DNA from: Geosiphon pyriformis uo1
Lineage: Eukaryota; Fungi; Glomeromycota
DNA: 64,000 bases
Reading direction: 5' to 3'
NCBI GenBank assembly: GCA_016748015.1
Contig: JAAOMT010000134.1
Location: 378,757 to 442,756 of the forward strand
Shown here: positions 1 through 12,700 of the stretch, piece after piece
How the letters are laid out: each line of letters starts with the position of its first letter
Numbering within the stretch: the first letter of the stretch is position 1
The notes under the pieces: model-generated
Told to the model about the DNA's origin: nothing
Seen by the model: only the letters and a program-made list of their open reading frames with translations
Databases searched by the model: none
Program-made: the position numbers and the translations under genes

Positions 1-3000
1 GATATATAGAAAATATCATCACTATGCTACAAAATGACTCAGAAAAGACCTATATAATAGAACCCAACAAAAAAATAGCACAGGCAATATTCCTACCTCT
101 GGTTAGAGTAGCTCAGTTAGTATCAATGAGAAAGAGGAAGGAACTAGGAATAACAGTGAAAAAAATACAAGGATTCGGATTAATGGGTAGAATAGATGTA
201 CCAGTTAATATGGCAGAGAAAAAAATTGTTGGCCAAGGAGAAATTATCTCAACCAGTCAAGCTATTTCCATTTCATCATATAACCAGTACATGCTAGCAA
301 TAGAAAAGAAGAGAAAAGACCAAGCACAAATTTTTGAAGCAAAAGCCAGTCTTTGTGAATCAGGAGAGGTTGGACTCATCAATCTCCACATACCAGCCAA
401 AAATTACAGCCACATCAAAATTCCCATCTACAACAATATAAGAAATGTCATAGAAATACCAACTGGAACCATTATTAGATACTTAAACACTGAAATGAAA
501 GATCAACCACCAAATCCCATTCCAGACTTTCCACAACTTTGTGGATATGTTGATATCACATCACAAACAATATATAGACGAAGTGAATGTTATTTGCTCC
601 AACCAGAACAATTGGAACAAATGAACATGGGAAACTTAGATCCACTCCAACATATGCAACTCAAGATGTTGCTCAACCAGTTCAATGACATCTTTGCCAG
701 CAAAAATGAGTTTGGCCAAACTGACATCATTCAGCATCAGATCAATACTGGAGATATAATGCCCATCAAACAGTGAACATACAGAGTACCACCAGCCAGC
801 CATGAAATCATTTGTCAAGAGATCTACCGAATGCTTAACAATAGGTTAATTCAGCCATCAATGAGCCCATGGTTGTTATCAATAGTACTTGTCCGAAAGA
901 AGAATGGAAAAATCTGATTTTGTGTGGACTACAGAAAACTAAATAGTGTAACTTGTGGAGACAGCTATCCAACTTCACAGATACAAGAACTATTTGATGC
1001 TTTTGGCAGGAACAAGTGGTTCTCAACATTAGACTTGGACAGTGGTTATTGGCAAGTGGCCATAGATCCAGCCGACAAAGAGAAGACAGCATTCACTATG
1101 AGAGAAGAGAATTTTGAATTTGAAATAATACCCTTCAGCTTAACCAATGTCCCAGCCACTTTCCAATGACTAATAGAAATTGTTTATACTGGCTTATTGT
1201 GAAAATCAGTAGTTGTATACTTGGATGACACCAACATATTCTCAAAAACATTTGATGATCATCTTTATTATCTTCAACAAGTGTTTGAAAGACTGAGAAG
1301 AGCAGGACTAAAGTTAAATGCAACAAAGTGCTTCTTTAACAAGACAGAACTAAAATTCTTGGGACACATAGTCAGCAAAGATGGCATCAAAATGAATCCA
1401 GAGAAAATAGAGATAGTAAAGAACTTTCCAGTACCAACCAATGTGACTGAATTGAAATCATTCTTGGGATTTGCAAGCTACTATTGATGCTTTATAAAGA
1501 ACTTTTCAAAGATAGCTCAACTGCTCAATAATCTGCAAACCAAGAATACCAAATATAAATGAACAGAAAGTCAACAAAAAGCTTTTGATATTCTGAAAAG
1601 AAAGCTTATTCAAGCTCCAGTACTAATCTACCCAGATCACAACAAACCATTCATCATCACCACTGATGCATCTGGCCAAGCATTGGGAGCAGTACTATCT
1701 CAGAAGGGACCAAACGGCAGAGAACATCCAGTAGCATATGCCAGCCAAGGTCTAACACCAGCCGAAAAAAACTATAGAACACCCAAATTAGAACATTTAG
1801 CAATCTATTGGGCAGTCATGAAGTGGAATAAATACTTGAGCCAAAAGTTTGCTATATATACAGATCATAAAGGGTTAACATCACTTCAAAAGCAAGAATT
1901 TGATAACAGCTGCCAGTTCAGATAGAAAATGGCACTATTACAATATACTTATACTATACACTATAAGAAAGGAAAAGACAACGGAAATGCTGATGGTTTG
2001 TCGCAAATGAGACAAATCTAAGAACATTTTAACACAAAAATATAACAAAACCAGAACAATACCAACGAAAAATATAATAAAAGATGAATATACAAAAATA
2101 TCAACAACTTTAATATTATATAAACACTCAACAGTTCAAGGAGAATTTATCTCAAATGGAACGAAAGAGTATCAAACAACAATCAAAATATTTTATTACT
2201 TACCAAAATATACTTTATCAAAAAAATAGAAAAAATCCAGATCAACCAACCAGAGTAATTACAGAGCCAGAAAAAGAGACAATATTATTCAATATGCACT
2301 CAAATCCAACAGCAGAACATTTTCATAAAGAAGCAACCATAGAAAAAACCAGAAAAAGATACTATTGGTCATCAATGTATCCAGATATCATTCAATATGT
2401 TCAAAATTGCGATGCCTGTCAGCGAAGAGGAGGTATGAAACCCAGTGAATCATTAAGACCAATCAAAGTGGGACAACCATTTGACCATATTGGAATTGAT
2501 TTAATTGGACCATTAACAATCACCAGCAGAGGAAACAGATACATAGTAGTAGCTATGGACTATCTCACTAAATAGCCAGAAACAAAAGCAATTCAAAGAG
2601 CAGATGCAGAATCCGTTGCCGAATTCATTCATCAGGATTTGATTTGTCGATATAGATGTCCAAAAGAACTATTATCAAACCAAGGAACTCATTTTGTAAA
2701 CAGAACATTAACAGAATTGAGCCAAAGATTCGGAATCAAGAGACCATTATCATTACTATACCATTCACAAACCAATGGATTAGTAGAAAGATTCAACAGA
2801 ACATTGTGTGAAGCAATAGCTAAGCTCAGCCAAGAAAACCAAAACAATTGAGATTTGTTTATACCATCAGTACTATTTGCTTATTAGACAATAAAACAAG
2901 ATACTACACAAGCAACACTATTTGAATTAGTATATGGGAGAACAGCAATGTTACCAGTAGAGAGAAAAATTAATACATATCCAGCTGAATCAATAACAGA

Positions 3001-3466
3001 AGAAAATTTTCAAGAAACATTGCTAAGAAAAACATATGACTTAATAGAAACATTGGAAAACAAACAAAGAAGAGCAGCTGATAATATTCAAAAATCACAA
3101 GAAAAACAGAAAGAAAGACATGATAGTCAACTACCAAACAAACCAGTTGAATTCAAGATTGAAGACAAAGTATTACTACATCGTACCAAAGCGGAAAAAC
3201 AATGGAGTGGAAAATTTGATCCCAAATGGGATGGACCATTTCACATAGAAGAAATTCTAGGAAATAAAGCTTACAAATTAAGATTGGATAACAAAATTTT
3301 AACCAAAGCAGCACATGGAGATTGACTGAAACCATATCACAACATCACACTACCATCTACCAGTAATATTCTCCAACTAGGAGTACAGAGAATACTAGTC
3401 CAACCAGATGAGATTCCATAAGATCTGGAACCAATCATTATTATCAACAACAACACGTTAAATTGA
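1..3466 (+). pseudogene. Gypsy copy 1 pol (dUTPase-RT-RNase H-integrase), interrupted by stops
   Basis: ORF fragments 24-776, 924-1169, 1221-1487, 1683-1925, 2156-2575, 2639-2851, 2948-3325 are colinear pol pieces separated by CGA>TGA and TGG>TGA/TAG stops. Confidence 0.93.
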
Positions 3467-3519
3467 TTCAGCAAAAGAATATATAAAGACACAGTAGACG
3501 CGACAGGAAATATCAGAAA

Positions 3520-4149
3520 ATGGAAATTACAGACAATATTCACTCACTAGCACAACAACTCTTTCAATTGATCCAACACCGGGAAATAGAGATTACAATC
3601 AATCAACAAACTATTCAATATCAAGATACTAGAAAGACATTACAACTCAGAACAAAGAAAAAAACTGAAAATATGGTGGACAAAATCATTGTGAAAGTAA
3701 AATTAGCAATAAAAGAGTCAACAAAAGAGGCACTATATTAAGAGCTGACTAAAGAAACTTGGAATTGGTGAATACAACAATTTCCAAGAAATTATTGTTA
3801 CTTTTACTTGGGGCAACACATAAATATCCAGAATCTATATACAGATAAAACAAAGCAATTATTCGACAAAAAAATACTACAACAATTAGAACATTTTGTG
3901 AGAAAAAACAACTTAGCCACACAGGCTCGAGCCATATACCAAATACACACAGCATTTCAAGATAGACCAGAAATATTGCATAGCAAAGCAATAGATATGG
4001 TTACCAGTAATCAATTGAGAAAGATCACCAATGCTCAATTTGAAAAATTACAGACCCAAATAACACAAGTAATTCTTGAAAACAAAATCCAGAAAATACT
4101 TTAAGAGAGGGAATTAAATGAGTTGAATTTCGACGGAGCTCAATATTAA
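3520..4149 (+). pseudogene. Extra ORF (~210 codons) between integrase and PPT of Gypsy copy 1, unknown function
   Basis: ORFs 3520-3741 and 3808-4104 share a frame that continues to DGAQY-stop at 4149. A homologous frame exists in copy 2 (14086-14724). Confidence 0.75.
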
Positions 4150-4162
4150 AAGGAGAAAATAA

Positions 4163-5059
4163 TATTACTCATAGAAATATAGGAAATATATTAGCATGAT
4201 TATTAGCCAATCAAAAGTAGGCATAATAAATGTGGAATTCCAGGATTCTTTTTAGAAATTGCAGGATTCCAAGAATTTCAGGATTCTTTGATGAGAAATT
4301 GCAGGATTCCAGAATTCCAGAATTCTTCTTATAGGAATTGCAGAATTCCAGGAATTCCAGAATTCCTGTTGTAAAGAATTGAGGAATTGAGGAATCTCAA
4401 TTATGTATATATAACAGTAGTGTTAGAGAAAAGACAGAATTGATAAGACAGAATCCTTAGTCCAGAACACAAATTATTAAATAAATAAATATTTCATATC
4501 TCAAAACCACTCTCCACTATTAACACTTCATGTTGATAGTAATTGATACTTAACTATGCTAGAACAATAGCTCTTGATCATGGCTATTGACAAGATATTA
4601 ACAAATTGCCTTGGCTTATTTTCTCTATTTTCTTTATTTTTATTTTTCTTTATTTTATTTTCTTTCTTTCCATGATTTTGTTGTTATATACTCATTGATT
4701 AAAAAGATTAAGTGCTGAGTTATCGATGTCAAGGATAGCCTGGTAAAAGATCCAGAAATAAGAGTAGAATTTTATATATTATTGAATAGCTTACTAGAAG
4801 GGCACGACTGCCAGACTAAATCTGGCCACCACGCTAAGAAAGAAATTGGGAAAACTCTTGGAAAGATACATCTACTATTGACATTATTGAATCTCTGTTT
4901 GTTATATAAAGAACTCCATTAAAATCTTCAGATATAACACCTTTAGATACAAAACCTTCAGATATAACACTTATAAGACATCATCAACAGAAGTAGCTTT
5001 TGAGCACCAAGTTATGGGTTTGTTATTTAATTCAATAGCAGAAATAATTACCTGTAACA
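4163..5059 (+). repeat. 3' LTR of Gypsy copy 1
   Basis: Follows the purine tract AAAAGGAGAAAA (~4148-4159). Starts TATTACTC (TG mutated to TA) and ends TGTAACA. Homologous to the LTRs at 5924 and 14739. Confidence 0.9.
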
Positions 5060-5923
5060 CCAGGAACTTTTTCCACTTTAGAAACATGGCAAGCTAAAGA
5101 ATTGTTTATAATAACCACCATCCCAGCCCCAAGAAAACCTTTATTCAAACCAGATGAGAAAATCCGAACTCTCTTAAACTTATTTATAATCTATGGCCTA
5201 GTGCTAAGTCTTAACTTTGTTTCTGTAATAAATGAGACCATATTCTCAGATTCTTTATGCCAATACATAATATCTTTTTGTTTAGCAGGGACATTGATAC
5301 CTCAAACATTACATGTAGCAACCTTCCAAACTAGATCACTTATTGAGATAAAAAAGATTTCTAGAAACCTGAGCTGGCACACAACAGATCTAACTTCCCC
5401 AAAACAGAACCAACAGAAGCTTCAAGAGCCACCAATTTTGACTCAAGACTGCCAATCTTGAAGATTAACACTCTTATGCCACTTGAACTAAGAACTGAAG
5501 CATCATTAGCAACAGAAAAAAAGGGTGCAGAATGAGCATCAGGAACATCTAATATTATATCCAAATCCACATTAGAATTCACAACTGCAGACAAAACTGA
5601 AATAAGAAACTGAGAGACAGAAGTTGAGTGGCTCTATTAAGAGATAGACACCAGAGGTACCAGTACAATACCATTCAATTGTTTTACAATGTCTAACACC
5701 TGATCAGACAAAAGCTCAAGAGAGTGTTCTAATATTAACAAATGTGCATCCAAAGAAAAGTTCAATAAAGTGAGAAAGGAGCATTTATCATCAGAATCCA
5801 TACCAACAATAGAAAAAAAACCAGAACCTGCCCCAGCAGAGTGATTATAAAAGGTGGATGCAACCAGAACTACTTGAGTCCAAGACCTGCCACCAAAAGC
5901 AGCCGGATGAGAAATGAGGATGT
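5060..5923 (-). mobile_element. LINE (non-LTR retrotransposon) A, distal fragment: ORF1 C-terminus plus start of ORF2 APE endonuclease
   Basis: Minus strand reads ISHPAAFGGRSW...SLESKLVALEASV (ORF1 end), then DLVWKVATCNV*GIN...TETKL...GFLGAGMVVIINNSL (APE). Homologous to 28158-29280. Confidence 0.88.
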
Positions 5924-6751
5924 TGTTACTCATAAAATATAGGAAGTATATTAGCATATAAATTAGCCAATCAGAAATAGTCATAGTAAATGTGGAATTC
6001 CAAGATTCCTCTTAAGAGAAATTGTAGAATTCCAGAAATTTCAAGATTCTCGTACAAAGAATCACAGAATTCCAGAATTCCAGGATTCTTTTCAAAAGGA
6101 ATTGCAGGATTCCTGGTGTGAAAAATTAAGAAATTAAGGAATTTCAATTATGTATATATAGCAGTAGTGTTAGAAACAAAAAGAGACAGAATTTTTTAGT
6201 TAAAAACCTTCCAGTTTAAATTTGATCTAAGCAATCTTCCACATTACAAATAAATAATTATTTACTATCTCAATTCATTCTCCACTATCAACATTTTATG
6301 TTGATAGTAATTGATACTTAACCACACTGAAACAATAGCTCTTGATCATGGCTATTGATGGGATACTAACTTGTAATCGCTTTTACTTGTTTCTTTATTT
6401 TCTTTTTATTTTTTTGTTATTTCTTTGGGTTTTACTAAATTGATTAAGAATTAAGTGCTAAGATACAAACATCATAGGGACTGGTAAAAGACCCATGAAA
6501 CAAGAGTAGAACACTCATAGATTTGAGAATAGCTTACTAAGAGAATTATTGGCCACAATGCTGAGAAAAAAATTTGACAAAACTGTGGTTTCAGGAAGCT
6601 ACGGATAAAACCATTAATTAAATCTCTGTCCAAAAACTTCACACCAAAACCTTCAGAAAACACACCTTTAGATATTAACACCACATATCAATTAAGCACC
6701 AAGTTACAAGTTTGTTATTTGATTTGAGACCTCAAATAATCATCTGTAACA
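5924..6751 (+). repeat. 5' LTR of Gypsy copy 2
   Basis: TGTTAC...GTAACA terminal inverted ends; direct repeat of 14739-15601. Confidence 0.95.
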
Positions 6752-6753
6752 TT

Positions 6754-6770
6754 TAGTGCTCCTTGTGAGG
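6754..6770 (+). promoter_or_regulatory. Primer-binding site, probably tRNA-Ile(UAU)
   Basis: TAGTGCTCCTTGTGAGG 2 nt after the LTR. Restoring TAG to TGG gives the complement of a tRNA 3' end CCUCACAAGGAGCA-CCA, which resembles eukaryotic tRNA-Ile(UAU) ends. Confidence 0.7.
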
Positions 6771-6799
6771 TATAATTCTACAGAGAATCAGCACCAACA

Positions 6800-9700
6800 A
6801 TAGTCATTCAAAAGTGGCAAAATCAGAAAACATAGGAGCAAACCATTTAGGATTTGCTAAATTCTTATTTTAACAGTACAGCCAACAATTAGAATTAAAC
6901 AATAACCACTTTCCAGCAGAATCTGCCTTTAACTTCTATGTTAATGATAAAATCACAGACTGCTTAAGAGGAACAGTTAACATTAAGTCTGCAAGGAAAA
7001 ATTTTTATACAGAATTATTTCAATATACCAGCTTACCAAAAAACTACAGTTTCACACTAATCATCAGAGAAATCAATCAAACCATTGAAAGATATACACA
7101 ACAACAATTCCCTATCACCTATGCAGACAAAGACAAAGGAAGGTTGCAAACACCACCAGTAATATCAAAACAAATACAACCACCCACTTAGAAGAAAACC
7201 AGAGTTGAATCACCAACAAAACCATCATACTACTCTATATCTAGAAGTGCCATCAACATCACATCAACATTACATTAACAGGTGCGTTCATATTACATGT
7301 GACATTAACATTTGGACAACTCCCATTTCAAAGTAAACAAAAAAAAGCAGAATTACTAAGAACCTATGGTGATTATTTTGAAGGATTTAAATTGTGATCG
7401 CCAATGTTATCAGGATTTCAATTACCACCACCTCAACCAGATTTTGGAAACATAAGTCCCTGAGAGATAATAGAATCAGAAAAAAAAGAAAAAAAAGAAG
7501 CCGAAGATTGGGAATTTACTTACCAGAATCTGATTCCAGAAAACCTGAACTTTAAAACCCTGAACTTTCAGACTCAGCAAAATCCAAATTTAGAAAATCC
7601 ATGAATTAAAACTCTGAACTTTCACACCCCTCAAAATCCGAACAATACAAACCCCAAAACAATTAATTAACAAAACTTATCTCTAGTAATTATCATCAAT
7701 CAACCACCAATTGAACCGATTATTGAACTGATTCAATAACAGCCATTTTAATCATCTCAACAACCACAACAGCCATTTCAACAGCCACAATAACAAGTTC
7801 AACAATCAAACTTGGATCCAATAGTCTATGCTCCAATAGTAAAACTCAAGAAATTTACCAGCAAAGAAAACAATGCCCAAATATGGCTCAATGACATTGA
7901 AAATGCCATCATGACCAATGGATAGAACAATGTAAGAGCACTCCAAGCCATTTCCTATTTCTTACAGGATACCACCAACTCATGGTATCAAAGTTTAGTT
8001 GTCAAACCTCAGACATTCCAGAAATTAAAAGTTGCCTTCTTGAGATATTTCAGTAATAATAACAGTATTAATCACCTAGCCAACATCTTCATCACAATCA
8101 ACTGAAGCAGTTACCACTTACTTGAAATGCTTCCACAGGAATTTGCATCAAATCCAAGCAATCCAAGCTGATTATTTTACAGCACCTCAGATTCTAAACC
8201 AGTTCATTCGTAGATTGCACAGTAGCATCTTTTAATGTGTACATCCAATGCATTCAGCAGATCTTCAAGCTGCCATGACAAATACCAGAGATTTTGAAGC
8301 AGCCAAACTCGAAGCTAACCATGCCCAAGCTGTCAATCTAGTGATGAATGGATCATCTGAATTGGATTCTAAGTTAAAACAATTCAGTAATTCCATCAAC
8401 CAGAAATTAGAGGGATACTTAGCTAACAATCAGACAATCTATTAACCTTCACAATGATGCAATAATCAAAGAAATGCAAATTGTTTCCAGGATTAGTCAC
8501 ATCCATCATCTTTGACCAATCAACAGTGGCAGTAGGAGATATGTGTTTGCCACTACTGTGGTAAACAAGAGCATTTAAGAGTTGACTGTAGATTAAGAAT
8601 AGATAACTAATAATCAGAAAATTAATATCAAAACCTGATCCCCGGTTTCCAACTCTGAATTACCAATTCAATCCAGCACCATATCAACCAACTTACCTGC
8701 CAATGACACAACAGCCAATATATCAACCACCCATATATCAACCTCCAGTTTATCAACCACAGCCACCAGTAATATATTAACCACTGCAGCCACAAATAAT
8801 TTATTAGACACCCATAGTTCAAACACTGCCATTCAACCCAGCTCAAATAACATTAAGAAACCTTAGATCAAGAATTACCCAAAACTGGAAATCGGCAATG
8901 GTTGTTTACCAATCAATCTCCAGTTCATCCAACCAGCTGTCAGAATCACAACAGTGAAATTCAGGAACTGGGTATACTTAAAACCCGAGGTTCCAGAACT
9001 ATTTAAGTTTCCTGGTTATCCCAGAAGATGCCCAATCCAATAATCCGGAAACCAACCAATAATCAACACTTACCAGCAATATTCTACCAGCTACTATCAC
9101 TGAGAACAAATTACTGGATGCCATTTTTCCATTTGAACTTGAGAAACTGTTAGCCATGCCATTATTTAGTGGAGCCATTCTCAAAGAAAAACCTATCACC
9201 ACCATGTACACCAATGCCAAAGTTGATAGCCATTTAATCAAACTAATTTTAGATAGTAGATCAGCCAGCAGTATCATTACAAGACAACTCATGAACCAGT
9301 TAGGTTGCTGAGTTGATTGAGCTGTCAATGCACAAATCATTATGGCTGATGAAGCAACCAAAACTCCAATCAGTGAGATTGATAACTTTTCTATAGAAGT
9401 CAATAGCATTATTGTGCCAATCAAAGTATTAGTCATGAAAGCCATTCAATATTAAGCACTTGTTGGCAATAACTGGCTGTCCAAAATCAATGTAATGCTT
9501 GATTGAAACACGCAAGAGCTCCAACTCAGCCAGAATGGTCAATACACACAGATACCAGCCACATGTGGCTATTTTAAAACACCCAACATGCCAGCATCCC
9601 TTATTGAATTCGAGAAAGAAGAAAAAAAACCTATCTGGGAAGCATACCAAGTTTCATGGGCCAATAAAGACCACAACAAGTTACCACTGGTACTTTCATG

Positions 9701-12700
9701 GGGCAACAACAGGAAAAGAAAGAAAAGAGAAGAACCTACCTGGAATTCTGACCAAGCCTGGAGAACCAATGACAATTAAGAGGAGCTAATAGATTGGGAA
9801 TAGAAAAAAAAGACAAAAGAAAAAGGAAAAAGGAAGGAAGAAGGATCAATATCCACTAGCATCACCACTTATAATTCTTACACTATACCACAGCAATCTG
9901 CTTATTGCTGTCCAAAATTGGTATGCATCAATTGCAACAAGAAATTGTTATCAATGGGTGTCTGCTGTAGCAACAATAAGGAATGCCAGATGGCAACCAA
10001 GTTTTATTATCACTTATATGTCATAGAACATTTCAAAAGACCAAAATGAATAAAAAAATGGAATAATGAGCCATGCTTGGCTTGTGGGGAAACTCTCCTT
10101 AATGAAAGAATGTGAAATGACATTCCTGGGAGAGGAGGAACATGCGACAAATTGTGTCAATACACAATTCTCATAAGTGACTGGGTAAGAAAAAAAACAC
10201 CCATAGACACTGCTTGAAGACATACAGTCAAATGATTGGACAGATGTCCACATAATGATGATAAAATCTAGTGAATGGCACTCGCCAAAATCAAAGAAGC
10301 ATCATCAGAAGAAATAAAAACAATTAAAAATAACCCACCTGAACCCATAGAACTTGACTGAGACCCAGAACCAGCCATAAATCTACTAGATCCAGAACAA
10401 TTTCATGAACACTATTAGGAATTAGCACCCACTAGAAAGGAACAAGAGCAATGGTTGGAAAAAATCAACGCTCGACTATGTGACTTTCAATACTGTAATA
10501 AGTGTGATCTTAATTACAATCCACCAATCTGCATAATCTACATGATCCCAGAAAAAGAAGAATCAATCAACAGCTGTACATTAGAATTGGAATTAAATTT
10601 CAATCCCAGTTTAAACTCTGACAATAATGACAAAAACAATGGTTCTAGCTTTGCTCTAAATAACAATGAAACTTATGACGATTCAAACTCTGATTCAAAC
10701 TCCAAAACATTTATTGCACTTTCTGACCTCACCAAGGAACAGGAACTTAAATGGTTCAGCAATAATGGTGAAGGTATTAGGCCAGAATGTGCACATAATA
10801 CTGATGCAGAGTTTGATCTGAGATATCCAGGGAAGAATGCCATAAAATTGGAACCCTATTTGTGCACTTGTATTGATCTTAAAATAGCATTAAAAATTCT
10901 AGCAACAACAATGGTTCAGTTAATATCTAGAAGTAGCTTAGCCAAAAAAGGAATCAACATTAAAAGAGAAATAATTGACACAAGATATGTAGGAAATATT
11001 ATTGCTATGTTACAAAATAACTCAAAAAAAGCATATATTATAGATCTAAACGAAAAGATAGCACAGGCAATATTCCTATCTCTGGTGAAAACCAGAGAAG
11101 AATTAGGGATTACTGCTAGAGAGATACAGAAATTCGGATCAACAAGTAGAATAAACATATCAGTTAATATGGCAGAGAAAGAAGTTATTAACAAAGAAGA
11201 AATTATTTCAACTCATCAATCAATTTCTATTCCACTATATGACCAGTATATATTAGCCATAAAAAAAGAAGTAAAGAATCAAGCTCAGTTGTTTGAAACA
11301 GAAGCCACCATTTGCAAATCAGGAGAGATTGGACTCACTAATCTCTACATATTAGCCAAAAGCCCTAAAAACATCAAAATTTTCATCTACAACACAACAG
11401 GAAATATCATAAAAATACCAAAGGAAACTGTCATTGGATATTTAACCACTGAAGTTAAGGATTAACCACCAGACCATATTTCAGATTTTCTACAGCTTTG
11501 TGAATATGTGGACATCACATCACAAACCATTTATGGGTGAAGTGAATGTTATCTGTTCCAACCAGAACAATTGGAACAGATAAACATGGAGAATTTAGAC
11601 CCACTCTAACAGATGCAACTAAGGATGTTACTCAGCAATTTCAATGACATTTTTGCTAGTAAAAATGAATTTGGCCATACCAACATCATTTAACATCATC
11701 CAACATCAGATTAAGACTGGAGATGCAATGTCAATTAAACAAAGAGCATACAGAGTACCAGTTAGTCATGAGATCATTTGTCAAAAAATCAATTAGATAC
11801 TTGTCAACAGGCTAATTCAGTCATCAATAAGTCCACGGTCATTACCAGTGGTACTAGTTTGAAAGAAAAATAAGAAAATCTGCTTTTGTGTGGATTACCA
11901 GAAACTGAATGAAATAACCAAAGGAGACAACTATTTAACTCCAAAGATCCAAGAACTATTTGACACTTTTGGAGGAAATAAATAGTTCTTAATACTAGAT
12001 TTAGATAGTGGTTACTGGCAAGTAGCCATGGATTTAGCCAACAAAGAGAAAACAGCATTTACCATAAGAGAGAGAAATTTTGAGTTTAAAGTCATGCCAT
12101 TTGGCTTGATGAATGTCCCAGCAATATTTCAATGGCTTATGAAAATTGTTTATACTAAAAATGTGAAGTATAAATAAACAGAAGCTCAACAAAAAGCATT
12201 CAACACACTAAGAAGAAAGCTTATTTAAGCTCCAGTGTTGATGTATCCAGATCACAACAAACCATTTATCATTACCACCAATACATCAGGCCAAGCATTG
12301 GGAGCAGTACTATCACAGAAAAGACCAAATAGAAGAAAACATCTAGTAACTTATGCCAGTAGAAGCTTAAGTCCAGCTGAAAAGAACTATAGAACACCAG
12401 CATTAGAATACTTAGCAATCTATTGGGCAGTTATAAAATGGAAAGAATACTTGAGCCAAAAGTTTGAAATATATATGGATCACAAAGAATTGACTTCAAT
12501 CCAGAAGCAAAAATTTGAAGACAACCGCCATGTCAGATGGAAAATAGAACTTTCAACATTCAATTATATGATACATTATAAAAAGGGAAAAGACAATAAA
12601 AATGCTAATGGATTGTTGTAGATGAAACAAATCTAAAAAACCAAAAATATAACAAAAGATGAATATACAAAAATACCAACAACTCTAATATTATATAAAT

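Larger units (their letters stand above)
1..5059 (+). mobile_element. Ty3/Gypsy LTR retrotransposon copy 1 (5' part outside window), degenerate
   Basis: Domain order is dUTPase C-term (IAQAIF...QGFG), RT (DYRKLN, TLDLDSGYWQV, VVYLDD ~1212-1229), RNase H (TTDASG, HPVAYAS, YTDHK), integrase (HHCC zinc finger, IGIDLIGP, QTNGLVERFNRTL, KWDGPF), extra ORF, PPT, 3' LTR. Many in-frame stops. Confidence 0.96.

Noticed and set aside
4233-4400. Palindromic repeats as a CRISPR array
   Set aside because: Eukaryotic LTR context, no unique spacers of regular length, no cas genes.
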